64,000 bases of DNA from a virus. The notes under the pieces were generated by a model that saw only the letters and a list, made by a program, of their open reading frames with translations, had not been told where the DNA came from and did no database searches. The translations under genes and the position numbers were made by a program. The first letter of the stretch is position 1. Each line of letters starts with the position of its first letter. Positions 57,801 to 64,000 of this stretch are shown in pieces. The DNA lies in the IMG/VR virus record IMGVR_UViG_3300049855_000609, positions 1-64,000 of that record, one strand, 5' to 3'.

Positions 57801-59876
57801 GCCATAGCCCAGCTGGAAAGCTGGTTCAACATGCGTGTTTTAGGAGATGAAAGTATAGACCATTTTGGTACAACAACCCCTTCTGAGAAAAACATCAATG
57901 ATGAGGCCAGTGTTGTAAAGAGGACTCTAAAGGGTTTTGGCATAGGAAAGAAAATGATGACTGCCCGGGAGGTAGAACTCAGCAAACAGATAGATGAGCT
58001 CCTTCTTACAGAGAAAAATGTAGAAAGAATTGAAACTCTGAATACTATTAAAAAAGGCTTGGGAAGGGTAGTTGCAGTTTCTGCTATCCTGGAATCCATA
58101 GGTACTTTTCTGAGAACAAAAGGTTTGGCAGTAAACCTGAATTCAGCAACTACCAACTTGGTAGAAGGACAGCTGGCCAATGGCCTGATGGCAGAGACCT
58201 GGGATGATCCGGATTCCATAAACACGGTTACCCTGTCTGAGATAGTGGCTTCAGATCTGAGGAAAAAAGTAGGGGCAAATGGGATAGAAAAAGTGCTTAT
58301 TGTACAGCACATGCAGGATTTCTGGAACTTGCTTCAGGACTCTTCCAATGACCTGCAACGGTCTACTATAAAATCCTCTCTGTCAAAAATAGACAAATAT
58401 GGTATCTATTATCCGCAAAGAAAAACAGAGAGTTATAACCAGATACCTCTGATAGCTGCAAAGCTGAAGCAGTTCAAGATAAAAGATAAAGACGGAAACG
58501 AAGCTCCTATACTGGATGCCACCGGGGAAAACTCCGCTATGGAATGGAATTTTGAAGAAGGCCGGCCAAGGTTAAAAGCTGCTTTTCGTACAAAGGAGAA
58601 TATCGATAACTGGGAGCATGCCAATGGAAAGCAGTTCAAGGACTTTCAATCGGAGACCAGAACACTTATCCGGAGAACACACGGGGATTTTGACCCTATA
58701 ACAGGACAAAGGATCAAAAGGAATGTCTTTGGTAAGCTGGCCATGATGTTTAAAACCTGGCTTCCTATGGAGGTCTGGAAGCGTATTGCAGCAGAGCATG
58801 TGGATATTATGGGTGGTACCAGATTCAAAGGCCGGTGGAGAAGCCATACCATGATCACGGCTTCCCTGATGGGGGCCATAGGTGTGGCTCCATTTTTAGG
58901 CATTCTTCCCGGGGCTATAACTGCAGGAACCATAGGCGCCATAGCAGGAAGGGCAGTAGGTAAAAAACCCTCTATTGGAGTTCTTAAAGAGTTGTTATAT
59001 GTTACAAAGATACAAATCCGGAAGCTGATCGGATTACCTGTCAATTACACCAGCCGGATATTTGTCAAAAAAGATATTTTAGGGACAAGGCTTACTAAAA
59101 AGGAGTTTGCCAAAATGCAAAATGAAGCCAAAAAGCAAGGCTTCGATGAGCTGGATTTTAAGAACTGGCAGTCCAATATGCAGGAGATCTCCAATATGCT
59201 GGTGTTTTTAGCACTTATTCTGTTTGTCAAAGGGCTTACCTGGGATGATGATGATGATGAAGAAGATCCGCGGAGATACACCCACAACATGCTGATCAAC
59301 ATGCTCATCAATTTTGCCGGCAATCAGTACAGCTTTATTAACCCGGCTACCTTATACAAAGACCATGTAGCCGGAGTAGCCATAGTGCGGTTTATTGGAG
59401 ATATTGAAAAAACCCTGAGGTTAGTAGAGCCTTACCTCAATGATGAGGACTATGAAACAAAAGGCATTCACCGGGGAGAGCACCGGTTTCCAAGGCAGTT
59501 AAGAAAAACTTTCCTCCCTTCTTTGTTCAGAGAACCATGGACCCTTGGCTTTGGTACTTTGATGGAAGACCAGTTCACTCCTTTGCCAATGGATAAGATG
59601 TTCTATTCCGAAGACAAAAAAGACAAAACCTGGGTAATGCAGCAAAGGGCAAAATATGATCTGATGTTGGAAAAAGAAATGGGTATCACAGATGAGGCAA
59701 AGAGAAAGAAGATGCTGGATTATGTCTTTAAAAAGAAACAGGACAAGAAAAAAGACATCAATGAAAGCTATACAGATGTCAAAAACAGGACAGAGAATGT
59801 AGAAGAGGAACAACTTCTGGAAGGGCTGATGATCCTGGACAAGCAAGGTAAATTCGAAAAGAAAAAGAAAAAATAA
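54876..59876 (+). CDS. Large cargo/ejection protein (third large virion protein)
   Basis: 1666 aa, helical; HGDFD, G.L.MMFKTWLP, GRWRS and C-terminal TM segments, as in the large protein following crAss RNAP. Confidence 0.75.
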   Translation: MSTDCGGRKLPFKTAEANAKSWMRSEGFINNFLEITAAPEEKEKEFFRIAESLKKQGIQKYGILTDWVYMAGQGKITVNREAFKAADVLNGVIYNNEVDPSKYLDSRKDQNLYDVDDENFFQAQDTPQDDFDIESTTDTNIRASLPRLLQLKEKLAAIIRREIAEMNSIMENFKEDKEVYTKALKRRGELQKKLDGTVIVNSLGIDPVIEKGLLKEIEELKAWNSHDPAMFGPMIESELHRLEKIMEHDLDSSEKIEEANLIIDFVLAMNNFDRQFVEKDNHPIYHAGELYVGETLVLTDTDREYYARWAVRAYEAKSKLFSAEKREIERRVNSDVNVQKMFDGKQFTFEEITELKDGLKDIDWISSAVLDITSGYMTHNGMLPHVMLKMLSDALADAQIEQRALEETLDQTVEKAQEVLSSKKFEGGKYRLASLGIIGIKGVSWSLYWQEGENGLRTGFLVNKLSSKWMNLQEEIEKKYRKMTYGPKTKAELDLANKKRNDWLTENAKLIQSSLLPEIRDEVFKVPPAGQENPLAVLQKYFQAPDNQQKATQHKAELISIIGEEYYKERVEKQKELLLEFVTQREIFIESKLKEYAIPAGATEQDLRNLYPDLDKAINFWEAKYDPFIAEEYSKTGYPSSKAAGQNHSFHSYYTYNQHIPLRHKPDASGSMVETGFYDNNFELIENNQALLDFYRVARKWATTMRNNFGLGIKKMLPEGFIPFMERTLGEQIWNSGEVSEMLTLAGKIKAIYTHVFDYLKMGMGVREEDTFDYAERDPLTGKKTYKINDTFIKQSRKKTENAFALNQAVFVKNYKGLRGRDYLGLIKRNSKRMVYIDHPDPKFNNADAMAQLISPYLGLETPLTGKELIERYGVLEDRDRSGAMKATIPLGEILYDFSQHQVVQEQSFDLPKIIRFYGKAAADYKARTTVLPTLAFMKRYYEEINDIETTNTGEQKKGNFRGREKPITRGFRKNAIAQLESWFNMRVLGDESIDHFGTTTPSEKNINDEASVVKRTLKGFGIGKKMMTAREVELSKQIDELLLTEKNVERIETLNTIKKGLGRVVAVSAILESIGTFLRTKGLAVNLNSATTNLVEGQLANGLMAETWDDPDSINTVTLSEIVASDLRKKVGANGIEKVLIVQHMQDFWNLLQDSSNDLQRSTIKSSLSKIDKYGIYYPQRKTESYNQIPLIAAKLKQFKIKDKDGNEAPILDATGENSAMEWNFEEGRPRLKAAFRTKENIDNWEHANGKQFKDFQSETRTLIRRTHGDFDPITGQRIKRNVFGKLAMMFKTWLPMEVWKRIAAEHVDIMGGTRFKGRWRSHTMITASLMGAIGVAPFLGILPGAITAGTIGAIAGRAVGKKPSIGVLKELLYVTKIQIRKLIGLPVNYTSRIFVKKDILGTRLTKKEFAKMQNEAKKQGFDELDFKNWQSNMQEISNMLVFLALILFVKGLTWDDDDDEEDPRRYTHNMLINMLINFAGNQYSFINPATLYKDHVAGVAIVRFIGDIEKTLRLVEPYLNDEDYETKGIHRGEHRFPRQLRKTFLPSLFREPWTLGFGTLMEDQFTPLPMDKMFYSEDKKDKTWVMQQRAKYDLMLEKEMGITDEAKRKKMLDYVFKKKQDKKKDINESYTDVKNRTENVEEEQLLEGLMILDKQGKFEKKKKK

Positions 59877-59903
59877 CAGGACACCTGCTGGCATCCTGTT
59901 ATT
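59872..59903. terminator. Bidirectional terminator between convergent gene blocks
   Basis: AATAACAGGA-cacctgctggca-TCCTGTTATT perfect 10-bp inverted repeat, preceded by an A-run, at the convergence point. Confidence 0.75.
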
Positions 59904-59908
59904 AAATC

Positions 59909-60193
59909 CTATACTATGGTAAGAATGTCTTTGAGGGCATCCAGGGTTCCTCCATTTACGAAGTACCGGATATTTTTCCCTTCTCTTTCCGTGGTCACCA
60001 GGTCAGATCTTCGAAGCTGGGCCAGGAACTGGGAACAGACAGACTGCTCCAGTTTAAGGGTCTTGTACAGGTCTGTGACTATGGTTCCTGGCTTGTTATC
60101 CAGGTAAACCAGGATCTTCTGGTTGGTGGGATGCAGGGCTGCTCTGACCAGCAGTTGCAGTTCCCGGAGTTTAAGTTGATTTGGCAGTTTCAT
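59909..60193 (-). CDS. ArsR/SmtB-family transcriptional regulator
   Basis: RAALHP..QKIL.YL......VTDLY..LKLEQSVCSQFLAQLRRSDLV..EREGKNIRY: ArsR wHTH. Confidence 0.85.
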   Translation of the reverse strand: MKLPNQLKLRELQLLVRAALHPTNQKILVYLDNKPGTIVTDLYKTLKLEQSVCSQFLAQLRRSDLVTTEREGKNIRYFVNGGTLDALKDILTIV

Positions 60194-60531
60194 TTGATAT
60201 TTGTTAGTGGATACGCGTTAAGAATAGATTGTTTTGAAACGGTGATAACCTGAAAAGTACAGTCTCCGTGTCCGTAGCTGTTGTTTTTGATACAGTCTTT
60301 TTCTTCTTTGGAGGATGCAGTCCCATCCTGGGTTTCATAGGTACCATACCCGGACTCTTCCAGGATCTTGGCTTTTTCACTGGCTTCTTTAAGGGCATCT
60401 TGCACACAAAGCTTGGCAAACTCTGCCATCATTTCTATTTCTTGATCTATAGTCAAGGAGCCTGTATATCTTTTCCCTATTCTGTATCTGTAATTAAAAT
60501 TCGCCTCTTCTGCTGTTGGTAGTCTACTCAT
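60190..60531 (-). CDS. Hypothetical protein (common Bacteroidota-phage family)
   Basis: Start re-called at MSRLPTAEE (60531); M.EFAKL.V..ALKEASEKA...KQSILNAYPL.NIK. Confidence 0.7.
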   Translation of the reverse strand: MSRLPTAEEANFNYRYRIGKRYTGSLTIDQEIEMMAEFAKLCVQDALKEASEKAKILEESGYGTYETQDGTASSKEEKDCIKNNSYGHGDCTFQVITVSKQSILNAYPLTNIK

Positions 60532-60535
60532 GTTA

Positions 60536-60781
60536 TTATTTTGTAGTGAGTAATTGGTATAAAGTTTCAAACGTAAGGCAGTTATAAGCCGGAGCTGCAT
60601 AGTATAAGACACCATCCATTCCCAGCCTGTAAACTCCTCCTGATATTTTATAAAGACTGTTTCTCAAACCATTGTTGACAGCAAACCCATGGATATCTTT
60701 AGCTGTTCTTACCTGGTCATTAGGCTTCACCTTTCTTGGCCGGCCATTGGTGCAAGAGCCTGTCCACTGCACATCATTCAT
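60536..60781 (-). CDS. Hypothetical protein
   Basis: ORF with coupled overlap. Confidence 0.6.
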   Translation of the reverse strand: MNDVQWTGSCTNGRPRKVKPNDQVRTAKDIHGFAVNNGLRNSLYKISGGVYRLGMDGVLYYAAPAYNCLTFETLYQLLTTK

Positions 60782-61182
60782 GGTACTTCTTTTTTGATTC
60801 TCTCAATTGTTTGAGCAACTTTGATGGCTTCCTGCAAACCTTTTAGCAAAGCTTCAGGTCTGGAATTGACCATTGGCCCAGTTGAAAACTCACAAGCTTC
60901 TCCTCTTGTACTGGTTACAGCAATATCCCATTTATTTACAGCATACCTTAAAGATTCCACAGACAGGTCATACTTTTCCAGAATAAACCAAAAAGCCTGC
61001 TGCCATAGTGGAGCTGGCAGACACCAATCATGTTCAAAGGGCCTGCCTAAAATAAGAATAGGACTTTTGAAAACATGATCCATATTATAGTAGGCAAAAC
61101 AGTGTGCAGTAAACCCCAGTTGCTTTAGAGCCTGTGCCTCTTCCTGAGGCACAAACTCATCTTTTGGTTCTCTTCCTTTCAT
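60778..61182 (-). CDS. Hypothetical protein (common Bacteroidota-phage family)
   Basis: EFVP.E.A.ALK.LGF...CFAYY...APLWQQAF. Confidence 0.7.
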   Translation of the reverse strand: MKGREPKDEFVPQEEAQALKQLGFTAHCFAYYNMDHVFKSPILILGRPFEHDWCLPAPLWQQAFWFILEKYDLSVESLRYAVNKWDIAVTSTRGEACEFSTGPMVNSRPEALLKGLQEAIKVAQTIERIKKEVP

Positions 61183-61206
61183 CTTTAAATTTTTACTGGT
61201 TTACAA

Positions 61207-61875
61207 TCAGGATTCTGCGGTGATCAGGCTCTCATATTCCTCCGGACTTAAATGCCTGTCATGAGAGTTATCAGGCAATTTGGGATCTATCTTCTTGACC
61301 AGAATACAGTCTCCTTGTCTAAGTATCCTTTCTATATTTCCTTTGGGTACCGGGGTAGTGATGGTCCAGGCTATGGCTTCCCGGGCTGTAATAGGTCTTA
61401 CCCGGTCATTGTATGGCCTCATGGACATAATGGAATTAGGAGAGATCCAGATACGGTATATCCTGTCTGTGGAGGTGTCCTTACAGCTGATAAAATAGGC
61501 ATCCTCGGCATATTTATCTTCCGGGAACAGGATTTCCTTAGAAACTTTGAACAGCTCATAGGTATCCTCATAATCCCGGCTTTCCAGCCCTCCCTGTTCA
61601 TTTACCCAGGTGGTGAATTTGTAATAGGTCACACTGTCTGCCAGCTCAGCCCCGGACTCTGCTATGAATTTCTCCATATCATAATACAGGAAAGCCACCC
61701 GGCGGTGTTCCACATTCTCTATTTTGGCTATCTCGGCAAAGGTCAGAGGCTGTACTTCACTCCAGATACTCTGGGCCTCAGTTTCAGGAAAAGGACAGTG
61801 GTCTCCGAATTTCGTTTTGGCTATGCGAAGCCCGGTGTTAAAATCCATTTCTACATTCTGTATGATCGTTTTCAT
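61207..61875 (-). CDS. DUF6745-like protein
   Basis: IENVEHRRV, C.DTST.R.Y.IW, AREAIAWT, RQGD motifs. Confidence 0.6.
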   Translation of the reverse strand: MKTIIQNVEMDFNTGLRIAKTKFGDHCPFPETEAQSIWSEVQPLTFAEIAKIENVEHRRVAFLYYDMEKFIAESGAELADSVTYYKFTTWVNEQGGLESRDYEDTYELFKVSKEILFPEDKYAEDAYFISCKDTSTDRIYRIWISPNSIMSMRPYNDRVRPITAREAIAWTITTPVPKGNIERILRQGDCILVKKIDPKLPDNSHDRHLSPEEYESLITAES

Positions 61876-61894
61876 GATGATGTTGGTTTAATGA

Positions 61895-62617
61895 TTATTC
61901 GGAATCTCTGTATATTCTTCCGGAGTAGCTGACAGAAAGTTTAAGCCATGGATCTCCATTGGTTTCACTGATAATAAGAGGGGTTATCTCATTCCACTCT
62001 CCACCGGTGCTGATGTTTCTTAGTTCCACATCTTCCATTTCCTCATTCACTACTATGGGATTATCAGACAGGTCATCCATGAGCCTGTGCAGTTTACCTT
62101 CCAAAGAGGTTACTACTTTTTCCTCTTCATCTGTAAGGATGCAATCCCCTTTGTAAACAAACAGGACCACTCCAGAATTCCCGGATATGGATAACATTTT
62201 ATCAGTAAGGAACCGGCATTCTTTCTCATCCAGGCAGATACCAGTCTCACAGATCTCAGATTCATTGTATTCTGCTTTGGCATCTTTGTAAAACTGTAGT
62301 TGTTTAGGCTCTTCATTATCACTCAGGGTAACAGTAACAGTGCCGGCTTCTCCCTGGTAGTAGCCATCTGAGTTGACGTAGAACTCCACTTTATCAAAGA
62401 CAAGGTCATCCAATAAAAGTCCCAGGTCCTCATTTTCAATTTCTTCCTCCTCTTCTGTACCAAAGTGGTCTCCGTAGAATTTCCACTCCATGTTTCCCAT
62501 GGAGTCCCCTCCACAGTCAAAAGTCAGGATGGCCCTGGTGATGCCGGTCTTTTCCCAAATGGATATGATCTCCTGTTCCTCTTCATCCATTTTCTTTTTT
62601 TTCTCTAAAACTGTCAT
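61895..62617 (-). CDS. Acidic DUF6878-like protein
   Basis: GI....LTFDCGGDS.G...N.DG...G..GTVT pattern. Confidence 0.55.
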   Translation of the reverse strand: MTVLEKKKKMDEEEQEIISIWEKTGITRAILTFDCGGDSMGNMEWKFYGDHFGTEEEEEIENEDLGLLLDDLVFDKVEFYVNSDGYYQGEAGTVTVTLSDNEEPKQLQFYKDAKAEYNESEICETGICLDEKECRFLTDKMLSISGNSGVVLFVYKGDCILTDEEEKVVTSLEGKLHRLMDDLSDNPIVVNEEMEDVELRNISTGGEWNEITPLIISETNGDPWLKLSVSYSGRIYRDSE

Positions 62618-62619
62618 GA

Positions 62620-63015
62620 TTATAATTTTTGCATAAGTTCTTTAAATTTCTCTTCTCCTTCAGGCTGCGGGTTATCTACTGGCTTCACTCCATTGTTCAT
62701 CCAGGGTTGTACCTCCATGTGTTTCAGGTAATCCTGTGGTGTAGGAATGAACTTCATCCTAAAGTCTTCTGCCACATGAAGCATGGCTATATCCACGGTG
62801 TCCACACTCCGGCCATCAGAATTAGTGATGTTGTAACCAAAGATGCGCGGGATGATATGATAACAGAACCAGGTATTGTGGGTAAGTGTCCTGGCTGTGT
62901 TGTTGTTCATGGACTCCTTAGGGCTGTCTATTAAAATGTGTATATCTATGTAGTCGCTGATTTTACCACCCCAGCGCTTGACAGAACTGCGGGCATGAAT
63001 TTCCGGATTAGCCAT
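62620..63015 (-). CDS. DUF6915-like protein
   Basis: MANP.IHA.SSVKRWGG...DY..IH..ID..K....R..THN...HV.ED...IPT.QDYL; conserved His/Asp residues suggest metal binding. Confidence 0.75.
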   Translation of the reverse strand: MANPEIHARSSVKRWGGKISDYIDIHILIDSPKESMNNNTARTLTHNTWFCYHIIPRIFGYNITNSDGRSVDTVDIAMLHVAEDFRMKFIPTPQDYLKHMEVQPWMNNGVKPVDNPQPEGEEKFKELMQKL

Positions 63016-63622
63016 CTTGTTTTCTTTTTATTTTGTAATTGTATATTTTTTCAATTTGACTTAGAAAAGCCGAATACTCCTGAGACATTTTCATTCTGTT
63101 ACATATCTCACAACAGGATACTGAATTACTGTTAGTATATCCTATTTTATTATCAACTCTATCAACACCATTATAGACAATAGGTATTCCAGCTCTCGTC
63201 TCCCCTGTTTTAGAGTTTTTGATATTATAAATGCTGGAAGGACTACTATTACAATAATGACAATTTCCTGCTATAAGCATTTTAAACCCCTCTATTGTTA
63301 GGACAAAAGATAAGCCTCTATTTTGTGCACCTCTTTTATATGCATTAAATAAACCTTTGTACGAAGTCTCTATACTTCTTCTTCCCTTATTTGAGGGAAT
63401 CTTACAGGTGCCAATTCCACAACAGACAGAATGTCCAGCAGCAATATTATTATATTGAACAACTTTTTTATTACCACAATTACAAAGAACCTCTATGAGT
63501 CTACGAACAGTCTTTCCGTATTTCTTGTACTCAGCATCTTTGATAAATATAAAGCTGGTCTCTTTGCCCGAATTTGTAAATAGTCGTTGGCCTTCTTGCA
63601 GTATGTGTCTCACTCTTTTCAT
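63008..63622 (-). mobile_element. Free-standing HNH-type homing endonuclease gene
   Basis: N-terminal C.CGN...SVCCG zinc module; YKRGA..RGL.F.LT, CHYC, NGVDRVDN..GY...NSVSCC..CN.MK; AT-rich and no CCGG seen. Start re-called at MKRVRH (63622). Confidence 0.85.
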
Positions 63623-63651
63623 GACACAATATACAAAGATTACTTCAGTTT

Positions 63652-63738
63652 TTAATAATAAAAGATAGGGAGGTAGTCTTCCACCTTGCCTCCCCACCTT
63701 TTTACTGAACTCTTTGAATGGATCATAGGATTAGCCAT
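63652..63738 (-). pseudogene. Truncated 5' stub of the DUF6915-like gene (28 aa)
   Basis: MANPMIHSKSSVKRWGGKVEDYLPIFYY*; 18 of the first 25 aa are identical to the N-terminus encoded at 63015. Confidence 0.85.
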
Positions 63739-63763
63739 ACATTTATTTTTTTTTAGTTTGAGA

Positions 63764-63872
63764 TACTACCAGGTAGCAATACCACTTTCAAAGTGCTTTC
63801 GTGTCTGTTCATACGAGGATGAAGTGGTTCAGAAATTTTATCACTACTTTGCACAATGTACTACCTGGTAGC
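63764..63872. repeat. Intergenic element bounded by two TACTACCWGGTAGC copies (direct and inverted repeats); candidate structured RNA or tandem operator
   Basis: TACTACCAGGTAGC at 63764-63777 and TACTACCTGGTAGC at 63859-63872, with nested internal stems. Confidence 0.7.
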
Positions 63873-63885
63873 GTCAACAAACTAA

Positions 63886-64000
63886 TTAGTCCCAGATTTG
63901 AGTGATCTCCCTTTTAAAAGGATTGTATTCCACCTGTTTTCCCAGGCTCCAGTTCCCCGGCAGTACCTGTAAAGGCTGGTGCTCATTGGAGAACTGGCCG
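63886..64000 (-). CDS. 3' end of a small conserved protein (..EH..L.V.PG.W....QVEYNP......D) that typically accompanies DUF6745 genes; partial
   Basis: Reads ...GQFSNEHQPLQVLPGNWSLGKQVEYNPFKREITQIWD*; start lies outside the window. Confidence 0.7.
   Translation of the reverse strand, partial: GQFSNEHQPLQVLPGNWSLGKQVEYNPFKREITQIWD

Noticed and set aside
783-59876. Stop-codon reassignment as in some gut crAss-like phages
   Set aside because: Genes up to 14 kb are open in code 11, and TAG, TGA and TAA all end genes at sensible boundaries; no suppressor tRNA seen.
61252-61932. 226-aa plus-strand ORF
   Set aside because: Antisense shadow of the DUF6745-like gene.
63623-63697. ORF-track start of the HNH gene at 63697 (MGRQGGRLPP...)
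   Set aside because: That extension is an out-of-frame reading of the DUF6915 stub; ATG 63622 is the likely start.
63764-63872. Known riboswitch, ribozyme or tRNA identity (purine riboswitch, hammerhead)
   Set aside because: Only fragmentary resemblance (CUCGUAU, GAAA); required cores and a cloverleaf are missing.

Overview
The window is a 64-kb section of a crAss-like (Crassvirales-type) lytic podophage genome, most likely infecting a Bacteroidota host. Host markers are DUF1573, TAnnTTTG promoter-like sites, no Shine-Dalgarno motifs, and a Bacteroidota-type ArsR. It reads in the standard genetic code. A divergent non-coding region with an extreme C-to-G skew switch (~280-780) precedes one ~59-kb plus-strand block. 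That block holds small HTH/HU/Zn genes, an M15 endolysin, TerS candidate, TerL, portal, scaffold-like protein, major capsid, ring/auxiliary capsid/hub proteins, fibre genes, holin and spanin-like genes, a PD-(D/E)XK nuclease, IHF, ring and muzzle proteins, and five ejected 'cargo' proteins. One cargo gene is a 4817-aa polyprotein: membrane module, virion RNA polymerase (DFDVD), zincin-like domain, and a C-terminal ADP-ribosyltransferase-like domain. A bidirectional terminator separates this from a minus-strand block (ArsR, DUF6745/DUF6878/DUF6915-like cluster, HNH endonuclease). Most notable: (1) an HNH endonuclease inserted into a gene whose first 25 codons are supplied again as a synonymously recoded copy; (2) the RNAP-zincin-ART polyprotein, with a recurring [LI][YF]D[VT]D motif at module boundaries and a TDC...TDC junction to the next cargo protein; (3) CpG depletion with CCGG strongly enriched; (4) a G6 frameshift gene; (5) a structured intergenic element bounded by TACTACCWGGTAGC repeats. 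All family assignments come from motif recognition and synteny by eye, not database searches.
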